Assembly (NCBI GenBank): GCA_009783415.1
Contig: WRHF01000001.1
Location: 1 to 49,213, forward strand
Origin: Clostridiales bacterium
Lineage (GTDB): Bacteria > Bacillota > Dehalobacteriia > UBA4068
Direction: 5' to 3'
Length of the DNA stretch: 49,213 nt
A program made the position numbers and the translations under genes. The stretch's first letter is position 1. Every line of letters begins with the position of its first letter. Positions 30,623-38,436 of the stretch are shown piece after piece. The notes under the pieces are model-generated. The model saw only the letters and a program-made list of their open reading frames with translations. It was not told the origin of the DNA and searched no databases.

Positions 30623-30672
30623 TTTCCGAGAAAATAATCCGGTAAGCCTATAAACAATGGGCAAAGTGGCAA

Positions 30673-31809
30673 TTAGCCGAATAAAGACAGCAAAACCCCG
30701 GCGGCTATGGCCGAACCTATTACGCCGGCCACATTGGGGCCTATCGCATGCATCAGCAGGTAATTAGCGGGATTTGCCCTTTGCCCCTCAACTTGGGAAA
30801 TGCGGGCAGCCATGGGAACAGCCGATACACCCGCAGAACCTATCAAGGGGTTTATTTTTCCCTTGGAGAGCCAGTACATCAGCTTACCAAAGAACAGCCC
30901 CCCCATAGTGCTGAAAATAAAGGCAAAAAGTCCGAGGAAAATAATTTTTATTGTTTCCCACTGCAAAAAGGTTTCCGCCGCCGCAGTAGCGCCTACTGTA
31001 ACCCCCAAAAATATGGTAACAATATTTATCAGCGCATTCTGGGCAGTATCAGACAAGCGCTCGACGACCCCCGATTCTTTAAAGAGATTCCCCAGCATCA
31101 GCATCCCGATCAAAGGAGCGACAGCCGGTAATAAAAGTACGCATAAAACTGTAACCACAATGGGAAATAAAATCTTCTCCAATTTTGAGACCTTGCGTAT
31201 TTGGGTCATAACGGTTTCTTTTTCTTTTTTGGTAGTTAGCAGGCGCATAAAGGGAGGCTGAATTATAGGAATCAGGGCCATATAAGAATAGGCGGCTATG
31301 GCAATAGCCGGCAATAATTTCGGCGCAAGTCTAGACGTCAAATAGATTGCAGTAGGACCGTCTGCCCCACCGATAATTGATATGGATGCGGCTTCTTGGG
31401 GGGTAAATTTTAGTGAAATTGCCAAAATAAAGGCCACGGCAATTCCAAACTGAGCCGCCGCTCCCAAAAACAGGCTGCTCGGCCTGGCAATTAGGGGGCC
31501 AAAGTCTGTCATTGCTCCTACCCCAAAAAAGATAAGTGAAGGGTATATCCCCAATTTTACCCCTTGGTACAAATAGTATAGCAGGCCCCCCGCTTCGGAA
31601 TCGCTTGCCGGCCCGTTCATCAACCCGGCTAAAGGCAGGTTAGCAAGCAGGACCCCAAAAGCAATCGGAAGCAATAAGAGCGGCTCAAATTTTCGGGCGA
31701 TCGCCAGATAAACCAAGACACAGGCTATAATGATCATCGCTATATTTCCCCAGGTTATAGCTGTGAAGCCCGATGTTCCCCATATTTCCTTTAAGGCGTC
31801 AATAAACAC
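30673..31809 (-). CDS. oadB: sodium ion-translocating decarboxylase beta subunit (OadB/GcdB/MmdB family)
   Basis: 378-aa polytopic ORF with GTG start and AGGAGTGG upstream. The N-terminus MFIDALKEIWGTSGF...ARKFEPLLLLPIAFGVLLANLP is typical of the family. The substrate of the parent enzyme cannot be told from sequence. Confidence 0.85.
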   Translation of the reverse strand: MFIDALKEIWGTSGFTAITWGNIAMIIIACVLVYLAIARKFEPLLLLPIAFGVLLANLPLAGLMNGPASDSEAGGLLYYLYQGVKLGIYPSLIFFGVGAMTDFGPLIARPSSLFLGAAAQFGIAVAFILAISLKFTPQEAASISIIGGADGPTAIYLTSRLAPKLLPAIAIAAYSYMALIPIIQPPFMRLLTTKKEKETVMTQIRKVSKLEKILFPIVVTVLCVLLLPAVAPLIGMLMLGNLFKESGVVERLSDTAQNALINIVTIFLGVTVGATAAAETFLQWETIKIIFLGLFAFIFSTMGGLFFGKLMYWLSKGKINPLIGSAGVSAVPMAARISQVEGQRANPANYLLMHAIGPNVAGVIGSAIAAGVLLSLFG

Positions 31810-31817
31810 TATTTACC

Positions 31818-31849
31818 ACTCCTAACGCGGGTTTCACCCGCAAATATTA
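31818..31849. repeat. conserved SD-proximal hairpin module, copy 2
   Basis: ACTCCTAACGCGGGTTTCACCCGCAAATATTA. It contains the oadB SD (reverse complement AGGAGT) and the hairpin GCGGGT-ttc-ACCCGC. Confidence 0.75.
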
Positions 31850-32021
31850 AAAGGCAAAACCAAAATTTCTATGATTTTGAGTTTTACCTTCGTGCCTACC
31901 TTTGGCTTTGCCGAAGGTAAAGGCAAGGCAGGTCAGTATTCAGTATGCGGGTAACTTTTCGCTCCGCGAAAACTATTGAAGCAAACAACTTGTTTTTTGG
32001 GCGCTTCTTGCGCCAAAGCGG

Positions 32022-32156
32022 CTAATTGCTGCCTTTGCGCTCAATCTTCTTCACTATAAATGAAAAAATCTTAATACAGGAAAACAGGCAGAAAAGAGCG
32101 GTAAACACTATTACAATAATAAATCCGGCAATATAAATACTTGTAGAAAACGGCAC
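32022..32156 (-). CDS. OadG-like small membrane subunit (44 aa)
   Basis: Own translation (below the ORF-track cut-off): GGAGGTG-5 nt-GTG, MPFSTSIYIAGFIIVIVFTALFCLFSCIKIFSFIVKKIERKGSN. One TM helix plus a basic tail; lies upstream of oadB. Confidence 0.5.
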   Translation of the reverse strand: MPFSTSIYIAGFIIVIVFTALFCLFSCIKIFSFIVKKIERKGSN

Positions 32157-32170
32157 AAAATCACCTCCCG

Positions 32171-32205
32171 TTCTAACATCTATCCTCTAACTTCTATCCT
32201 CTAAT
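32171..32205. repeat. heptamer-arm element, pyrimidine-rich arm; candidate right arm of the 30324 pair
   Basis: TTCTAAC ATCTATC CTCTAAC TTCTATC CTCTAAT. The reverse complement ATTAGAGGATAGAAGTTAGAGGATAGATGTTAGAA matches the (GTTAGAA)n arm at 30324-30372. Confidence 0.7.
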
Positions 32206-32346
32206 ACCCAAAAACTCCGGTGAGGTGAAGGCGGCCAGCAAGACAATAATAAAATAAAGGCCCAGCAACATTTTATGCAAGGCAAATATAGAGATAGGAG
32301 CAACCGCCACCAGATTATCTTTAAGTTTTGCCGCAAAGGTATTCAT
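32194..32346 (-). CDS. hypothetical small membrane protein (50 aa)
   Basis: Own translation: GAGGT-6 nt-ATG, MNTFAAKLKDNLVAVAPISIFALHKMLLGLYFIIVLLAAFTSPEFLGIRG. The 3' end lies in a heptamer arm. It may be a further decarboxylase small subunit or may be spurious. Confidence 0.3.
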   Translation of the reverse strand: MNTFAAKLKDNLVAVAPISIFALHKMLLGLYFIIVLLAAFTSPEFLGIRG

Positions 32347-32351
32347 ATTCC

Positions 32352-32379
32352 GACCTCAGTCCTCTGGCCTCTGCCTTCT
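32352..32379. repeat. heptamer arm interrupted by the MITE
   Basis: CCTCAGT CCTCTGG CCTCTGC CTTCTGG. It continues after the MITE as CTGCCTTCTGGCTTCTTT (32561-32578). Confidence 0.6.
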
Positions 32380-32560
32380 GGGTGCATCACATTTTCTGGG
32401 GTTGACAAAGAACGCATTGCCCATTGTAGGGGCGGCCATTGGTCGTCCGCGGACGCGCAATGCGCGCCCCTACAGGCATATATCCATGATACATTAGAGC
32501 TGCACATCCCTTTGTCATGTCTATTATTACCATGTCAACCCCAAATTTTGTGATGCACCC
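32380..32560. mobile_element. MITE-like element (181 bp) with 28-bp terminal inverted repeats and 9-10 bp target duplication
   Basis: The left terminal inverted repeat (TIR) GGGTGCATCACATTTTCTGGGGTTGACA (32380-32407) matches the reverse complement of the right TIR (32533-60), GGGTGCATCACAAAATTTGGGGTTGACA, at 24/28 positions. The element is flanked by the direct repeat CTGCCTTCT(G) at 32371-32380 and 32561-32570. It contains an internal stem GTAGGGGCG...CGCCCCTAC and no plausible coding capacity. Confidence 0.7.
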
Positions 32561-32748
32561 CTGCCTTCTGGCTTCTTTAAGGCATAGTTCTCTTTAGAGA
32601 AGCAACTCTATTTCCATACAAAACTTCTCCCCTATTATAATATTATATATCACATTGGTCTCTCTGTCAATACAGTAATACAGGTGTTTTGCCGGCAGCC
32701 CATTTTTTTCCAAAACATAGACGAAATTTTCTATACTTTCAGAAATAA

Positions 32749-32777
32749 TTGACCAATTCACCTTAATATGTTATGCT
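32749..32777 (+). promoter_or_regulatory. candidate hppA promoter
   Basis: TTGACC (32749-32754), 17 nt, TATGCT (32772-32777), about 35 nt upstream of the start codon. Confidence 0.5.
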
Positions 32778-32811
32778 ACATACATTGATTGCAAATGAGG
32801 AGGTAATATTA

Positions 32812-34860
32812 TTGAACTTGTATATTCTGGTTCCTATTATCGGCTGCCTGGCCCTTGTTTTTGCCTACTTACTAACTGTACGGATCAATAAGGTCAAACC
32901 GGGTAATTCCTTAATGGAAGAAATTGCTAATGCTATCAATGACGGGGCGATGGCTTTTTTGCGCCGCCAATATAAAACATTGATCATTTTTGTTTTGTGT
33001 TTGATGGCTGTTATTTGTGTGGCCGGGATCCTAACAAACGGCGAGGACAGTATGCTGCCCGCTACCGCCATATCCTTTGCCGCAGGCGCTTTTTGCTCCA
33101 TCCTGGCCGGTAATATCGGGATGCGGGTCGCGACCAGAGCGAATGTACGCACAGCAACCGCTGCCTGGCAAAACGGCTTGAACAAGGCCCTTGGTATCGC
33201 TTTTTCCGGCGGCGCGGTCATGGGTATGAGCGTTGTCGGCCTGGGTCTTTTGGGTTTGGGTATTATCGTTTTGATTTTCGATAATCCTGCTATTATCAAC
33301 GGCTTTGCTTTGGGGGCTTCTTCCGTAGCGCTTTTTGGCAGAGTGGGCGGCGGCATCTATACCAAAGCCGCCGATGTCGGTGCGGATCTGGTTGGCAAAG
33401 TGGAAGCCGGCATCCCCGAGGATGACCCGCGCAATCCTGCGGTCATTGCTGATAATGTCGGCGATAATGTCGGTGATGTGGCGGGTATGGGTTCCGATCT
33501 TTTTGAATCATATGTCGGCTCGATCATTGCCGCTATGGCTTTGGGCGCGGCTATTGGCATAGGCGCTAAGGGAGAAGGCATTATTGCCCCTCTGTTGATA
33601 GCGGCGGGCGGTATTATCGCCTCAATCATCGGCAGCTTCTTTGTCAGCGCCAAAGAGGGAGGTAATCCGCAAAAATCCTTGAATAACGGAACTTTGGTTA
33701 CCAGCATCCTTGCTGTTATATTTACTTTTATCGTAACCAAGCTGGTATTGCCGGCGACATTTACTACCGGGAATCTGTTAGGTTCAACAAAAACCTTTTC
33801 CTCCACGGGTGTATTCTTAGCCACTGTTGCCGGCCTTGCGGTTGGCTTTGCTATCGGTAAAATCACGGAATACTATACTTCCGCCGATTATAAACCTGTA
33901 AAGAGAATCGCTGCTTCCTGTGAAACGGGTGTGGCTACCAATATTATCAACGGGATCGCAACCGGCATGGGCTCCACCGCTATCCCCATCATCCTGATAG
34001 CTTCGGGGATTTTTGCTTCCTACTATTTTGCGGGTCTTTACGGTATCGCGATGGCTGCGGTGGGGATGCTCTCCACTACGGGCATGGTGGTTGCAGTGGA
34101 TGCCTATGGTCCTATTTCCGACAATGCCGGCGGTATAGCCGAGATGTCCCATCTGCCCAAAGAAGTGCGCAAAATTACGGATTCGCTGGATGCTGTGGGC
34201 AATACCACTGCCGCAATCGGCAAAGGTTTTGCCATCGGCTCCGCCGCCCTGACGGCATTGGCTCTTTTTAGCGCCTACACCAAGGCAGTGGGAATAGAAA
34301 TCATCAATATCCTCGACCCCAAGGTGGTCATAGGTCTCTTTGTCGGCGGCATGCTGCCCTTCCTTTTTTCTTCCATGACTATGCAATCCGTTGGCAAGGC
34401 GGCAGGTTTTATGATCGAAGAAGTGCGCCGCCAGTTCCGGGAGATCCCAGGGCTGATGAAGGGAGAAGCAAAGCCCGACTATGCCAAGTGCGTGGATATT
34501 AGCGCCAAGGCGGCCTTAAAGGAAATGGTTATCCCAAGCTTGATGGCAGTGTTAGTGCCGATATTCGTGGGCCTTTGTCCGGGGCTGGGCAAAGAATGCC
34601 TGGGCGGCTTGCTGGCAGGGACCTTGGTCACGGGCTTTTTGCTGGCAATATTTATGGCCAATTCCGGCGGCGCCTGGGACAATGCCAAGAAGTACATTGA
34701 AGACGGAAGCCACGGCGGCAAAGGCTCGGAGGCTCATGCCGCCGCGGTCAACGGCGATACAGTCGGCGATCCTTTTAAAGACACTTCCGGTCCTTCGTTA
34801 AATATTCTAATCAAACTGATGACAATCATCTCCCTGGTTTTTGCCCCATTATTTATGTAG
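32812..34860 (+). CDS. hppA: membrane-bound pyrophosphatase, K+-dependent type
   Basis: ORF 32773-34860. TTG 32812 is preferred (GAGGAGG 8 nt upstream). Contains [18 protein letters not shown] (Ala, not Lys, at the K+-dependence position) and DNVGDNVGD. Confidence 0.93.
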   Translation: MNLYILVPIIGCLALVFAYLLTVRINKVKPGNSLMEEIANAINDGAMAFLRRQYKTLIIFVLCLMAVICVAGILTNGEDSMLPATAISFAAGAFCSILAGNIGMRVATRANVRTATAAWQNGLNKALGIAFSGGAVMGMSVVGLGLLGLGIIVLIFDNPAIINGFALGASSVALFGRVGGGIYTKAADVGADLVGKVEAGIPEDDPRNPAVIADNVGDNVGDVAGMGSDLFESYVGSIIAAMALGAAIGIGAKGEGIIAPLLIAAGGIIASIIGSFFVSAKEGGNPQKSLNNGTLVTSILAVIFTFIVTKLVLPATFTTGNLLGSTKTFSSTGVFLATVAGLAVGFAIGKITEYYTSADYKPVKRIAASCETGVATNIINGIATGMGSTAIPIILIASGIFASYYFAGLYGIAMAAVGMLSTTGMVVAVDAYGPISDNAGGIAEMSHLPKEVRKITDSLDAVGNTTAAIGKGFAIGSAALTALALFSAYTKAVGIEIINILDPKVVIGLFVGGMLPFLFSSMTMQSVGKAAGFMIEEVRRQFREIPGLMKGEAKPDYAKCVDISAKAALKEMVIPSLMAVLVPIFVGLCPGLGKECLGGLLAGTLVTGFLLAIFMANSGGAWDNAKKYIEDGSHGGKGSEAHAAAVNGDTVGDPFKDTSGPSLNILIKLMTIISLVFAPLFM

Positions 34861-34962
34861 CGGCCGCACCGCAAGGAATTTGGGCGTAGAACATTTTTGA
34901 GAATAACGTAAAAAATTGTCGCATGATACAAATATGATGCTTCCTTGATGGGAATTTGATGC

Positions 34963-35005
34963 AACCTGCCAGTATAATATATATTATACTGGCAGGTTTT
35001 GGTTT
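34963..35005 (+). terminator. intrinsic terminator after hppA
   Basis: Perfect 36-nt palindrome AACCTGCCAGTATAATAT/ATATTATACTGGCAGGTT followed by TTGGTTT. Confidence 0.7.
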
Positions 35006-35253
35006 ATATAGAGGTATTCTAGAAAAAGAGATTCGGAGGAGATATCGAGCTGATGACCAATAGAGGTTACCATGATATCCCCATCCTCGAAACACCCCCC
35101 CGCCCCAATGAACACATCGTCTCTGTCCGCTGGGCCACCCCGGAGAATATTCCCAATTGGGAAGAAACCCTGACGCCCTATTTCAACAGATAAGTGTAGT
35201 GAGGAGCCCGTTGTCAACAGGTTAAGGAAATTAATAATTTGAGAGGGATCTAT

Positions 35254-36657
35254 ATGGTTTTTTCCAGTCTGGTGTTCCTGTATCTATTTTTGCCCGTATG
35301 TCTCGTCTTGTATTTCGTTATGCCGACTTTAAAGGCGAAAAATGTCGTCTTGTGCTTTTTATCGCTTTTGTTCTACGCTTGGGGCGAGCCGCTCTGGGTG
35401 GTTGCGATGATTTTTTCCGCGCTGACCGACTATACCTGCTCCCGGATCATCGGCAAGCATCGGGGTACACGGACGGCCAAACTGGCAATGGCAGCCTCCG
35501 TGATCCTTAATCTGGGTCTTCTTTTCACCTTTAAGTATTCCGATTTCTTTCTCGGCACAGTGGGGGCGCTGACCACTGTCCAGGTGCCCGTCGTAGGACT
35601 GAGGCTGCCCATCGGTATATCTTTCTATACCTTCCAGACAATGTCATACACATTGGATGTATACCGTGACGAGACGCCGGTGCAGCACAACTTCCTGGAT
35701 CTTCTCCTGTTTGTCTCCTTGTTTCCCCAGCTCATCGCCGGGCCCATTGTACGTTATCGCGAAGTCGCCGAACAGATCGGAAAGAGAAACAGCACCTGGG
35801 AGGGTGTCTCATCGGGCATGACCCGGTTTTTCTGCGGGCTGGGCAAGAAAGTGCTGCTGGCTAACTTCGCCGGAGAGACAGCGAGAAATATTTTGAACTC
35901 CGACTTCGGCATTCTATCCGCACCGGCGGCCTGGCTGGGCATCCTCTGCTTCGCGTTCCAGATCTATTTTGACTTTTCGGGATACTCGGACATGGCCATC
36001 GGCCTTGGGCGTGTGTTTGGGTTTAGATACGGCGAGAACTTCGACCACCCCTACATAGCGCGCTCCATCACATCGTTCTGGAGGCGGTGGCACATTTCCC
36101 TGGGCAGGTTTTTCCGGGATTACGTCTACATCCCTTTGGGCGGCAACCGGCGGTTTCAGCTGCGCAACATTATGATCGTGTGGTTTTTGACCGGTCTGTG
36201 GCACGGCGCCAGCTGGAACTTTATGATCTGGGGACTCTATTTCGGGGTGCTGCTGGTTCTGGAAAAGCACCTGCTCAAAAGATTTTTACATAAGCTCAAA
36301 TGGGGCGGCATTTTATACAGTTTCTTCTTTGTTTTACTGGGCTGGGTGCTGTTCTATTTCACCGACCTCACCCGTGCGTTAGCGTTCTGCAAAATTCTCT
36401 TTGCCGGCGGCGCGCCGCTTGACAAGGCCACGGGCATTTTACTGATCAACAACCTGCCCTTGCTGCTGTTGTGCGCCGTAGCCTCCACACCTGTGCCCAA
36501 GCTGCTGAAACAGCGCCTGATAAATTGGCCCGCGGCGGCCCGTTGGCGGCCGGCCGGCACAGCTACAGCTGTGGCTTTCAATATGGCCATCTTGTTTTTA
36601 TGCACATCGGCGCTGGTGGGAGCCAGTTACAATCCGTTTTTGTATTTTAGATTTTAA
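35254..36657 (+). CDS. MBOAT family O-acyltransferase (AlgI/DltB/PatA-like)
   Basis: ORF 35239-36657, ATG 35254. Multi-pass membrane protein; FWRRWHISLGRFFRDYVYIPLGGNR contains the MBOAT catalytic His region. Confidence 0.88.
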   Translation: MVFSSLVFLYLFLPVCLVLYFVMPTLKAKNVVLCFLSLLFYAWGEPLWVVAMIFSALTDYTCSRIIGKHRGTRTAKLAMAASVILNLGLLFTFKYSDFFLGTVGALTTVQVPVVGLRLPIGISFYTFQTMSYTLDVYRDETPVQHNFLDLLLFVSLFPQLIAGPIVRYREVAEQIGKRNSTWEGVSSGMTRFFCGLGKKVLLANFAGETARNILNSDFGILSAPAAWLGILCFAFQIYFDFSGYSDMAIGLGRVFGFRYGENFDHPYIARSITSFWRRWHISLGRFFRDYVYIPLGGNRRFQLRNIMIVWFLTGLWHGASWNFMIWGLYFGVLLVLEKHLLKRFLHKLKWGGILYSFFFVLLGWVLFYFTDLTRALAFCKILFAGGAPLDKATGILLINNLPLLLLCAVASTPVPKLLKQRLINWPAAARWRPAGTATAVAFNMAILFLCTSALVGASYNPFLYFRF

Positions 36658-36669
36658 GAGGTGTCCGCC

Positions 36670-38094
36670 ATGAAAAAATATTCCCTTTTTATCATCCTGA
36701 TCCCGGTCCTCGTACTGGGTGTCTGGAGCCTTCTGAACCCCAACGGGGAGGTGTCGGCATGGGAAAAGCGAGCACTGAAAAGTACGCCCGCCTTTACTTT
36801 GGAAAACCTGTTTTCCGGACGCTATACCCAGGAACTGGAAGAGTACTACGCAGACACATTTCCGGTAAGAGACACATTTATCAACGTAAACACCGCAATG
36901 GGCGGGTTCTATTATTTCAACGGAGGCGCCGAGGCGGCCCTGGTCATTGGGCACAAGGGGCTCGACCAGGACGTGGAAGCGCCGGCTGTATCGTTGCGCA
37001 AGGAAATACCCTTAGGGCAAAACAGCGGCCCAAGCGCGGCCGCGCCGCAGGCGGATATCCCGGATGCGGCGGCAGAAACCTCGGCTGGGATGGCGGAGCT
37101 AGAGATACCGCATGAAGAACCGCCACCGGTGGAACTTGAGCCACCTGATGAATCGGAGGCCGAAAATGCCGGCAACATCATCATCGTCGGGACGCGAGCC
37201 ATGGAGATCCCCTATGCAGTGGAGAAGAACATGAGACGCTACGCTGCCGCGATCAGCCGTGCGGCAAAGCTTGCAGAGGATGCACAGGTCTATTCCCTGG
37301 TTGTACCCAACGCAGGAGAGTTTTATTCGCCGGTTTCCCTGCACACCGGGGCAACCTCTCAGAAGAAAATGATCAGCGATATGTACGCCATGCTGTCGCC
37401 GGATGTGAAGGGCATTGACGCCTATGACAAACTGTGCCGTCACTTGGACGAATACCTGTACTTCCGAACCGATCATCATTGGTCGCAGCTCGGCGCCTAT
37501 TACGCCTATACTGCCTTTTGTCAAAGCGCGGGGATTGCTTACCCGGAACTTAAAGCCTATGAAAGCGGTTCCTTTGCAGGTTTTGTCGGCAGCATGTACG
37601 GCTTTACCAAGAACTATCCTCAGAGTAAAACACTTAAAGACAACCCGGATACGTTGATCTATTATCTGCCTTTGGCTGAATGCAAAGGGAGGCAGTATGC
37701 CGGCGCCCGGCTGGAGGACGAGGGATTTCCGGTCAAAGCAGTGGCCACATCGGTTTCGGAGAGTTACTCGGACAAATACATTTGTTATATAGGCGGCGAC
37801 GCCTCTCTTACCCATTTTGAAACAGACATCGGAAACGGGCGCTCCATCATAGTCATCAAAGATTCTTTCGGCAATGCGTTCGTCCCGTTTCTTACCTCAA
37901 ATTACCAGGATATCTATGTCGTAGACCCTCGGTATGTCAATGGGAAGAAGAAACCGGATTTCAATCTGAGCCAATTTGTCGCAGAGCAACAGATAAATGA
38001 CGTGCTCTTTCTCAATTACCCCTTCCCCATGAACTCAAATGCATGGTGTGATATGCTGGAGCGGCTGATCGGCGTGAACAAGACGGAAAACTGA
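36670..38094 (+). CDS. DHHW family protein (AlgX/AlgJ/PatB-like partner of MBOAT)
   Basis: ORF 36661-38094, ATG 36670 (AAGAGGTG upstream). N-terminal TM segment, the name-giving FRTDHHWSQLGAYYAY motif, and an acidic/Pro-rich linker. Confidence 0.85.
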   Translation: MKKYSLFIILIPVLVLGVWSLLNPNGEVSAWEKRALKSTPAFTLENLFSGRYTQELEEYYADTFPVRDTFINVNTAMGGFYYFNGGAEAALVIGHKGLDQDVEAPAVSLRKEIPLGQNSGPSAAAPQADIPDAAAETSAGMAELEIPHEEPPPVELEPPDESEAENAGNIIIVGTRAMEIPYAVEKNMRRYAAAISRAAKLAEDAQVYSLVVPNAGEFYSPVSLHTGATSQKKMISDMYAMLSPDVKGIDAYDKLCRHLDEYLYFRTDHHWSQLGAYYAYTAFCQSAGIAYPELKAYESGSFAGFVGSMYGFTKNYPQSKTLKDNPDTLIYYLPLAECKGRQYAGARLEDEGFPVKAVATSVSESYSDKYICYIGGDASLTHFETDIGNGRSIIVIKDSFGNAFVPFLTSNYQDIYVVDPRYVNGKKKPDFNLSQFVAEQQINDVLFLNYPFPMNSNAWCDMLERLIGVNKTEN

Positions 38095-38194
38095 TGCTGT
38101 TGTTTTGCATACCAGCAAGGATTTCTTTTAGGCTCTAACTCCCGAAATTCTGCGTAAAATGGCAAAATTTTCGTGCCGCCGTATTCCTGCTCCT

Positions 38195-38220
38195 ACTCAA
38201 AACTCAACACTCAAAACTCC
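38195..38220. repeat. heptamer-arm element, orphan arm
   Basis: ACTCAAA ACTCAAC ACTCAAA ACTCC, the complement type of the GAGTTTT/GAGTGTT arms. It lies downstream of the DHHW gene. Confidence 0.7.
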
Positions 38221-38238
38221 GGCTTGTCCGGGTTAGAA

Positions 38239-38280
38239 GGTGACCATAAACCCCCCGTTTATGGTCACCCCCTTTATTTG
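38239..38280 (+). terminator. intrinsic terminator after the MBOAT-DHHW pair
   Basis: GGTGACCATAAAC-ccccc-GTTTATGGTCACC (13 bp) followed by CCCCTTTATTTG. Confidence 0.5.
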
Positions 38281-38370
38281 CCGTGGATTTACTGCGGATA
38301 GATTTTTTACACCCCACTTGACAATTGCGGCTGTTTAGGCGGGATTATCTGATCCTGATAAAATTCGGAT

Positions 38371-38399
38371 TTGCACAATGCTGCCGAATATGTTATTAT
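38371..38399 (+). promoter_or_regulatory. candidate ymdB promoter
   Basis: TTGCAC (38371-38376), 17 nt, TATTAT (38394-38399). Confidence 0.45.
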
Positions 38400-38436
38400 A
38401 GGCAAGTGACAAAAAATCTATTGGAGAGCAAAGTTG

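Noticed and set aside
31884-31920. A 9-10 bp hairpin (TTACCTTCG...CGAAGGTAA) and surrounding pairings in the 212-nt oadG-oadB spacer, considered as a possible riboswitch or sRNA.
   Set aside because: I recognise no known RNA family. The spacer also contains a family-type core hairpin (TTTTCGC-tcc-GCGAAAA, 31956-31972) and a short GATTTTG AGTTTTA run. It is most simply a decayed member of the heptamer-arm family.
32275-32553. A 92-aa ORF (MQGKYRDRSNRHQ...).
   Set aside because: It spans the MITE and its inverted repeats and lacks an SD. The translation of GC-rich stem sequence (CRGGHWSSADAQCAPLQ) is typical of repeat-derived pseudo-ORFs.
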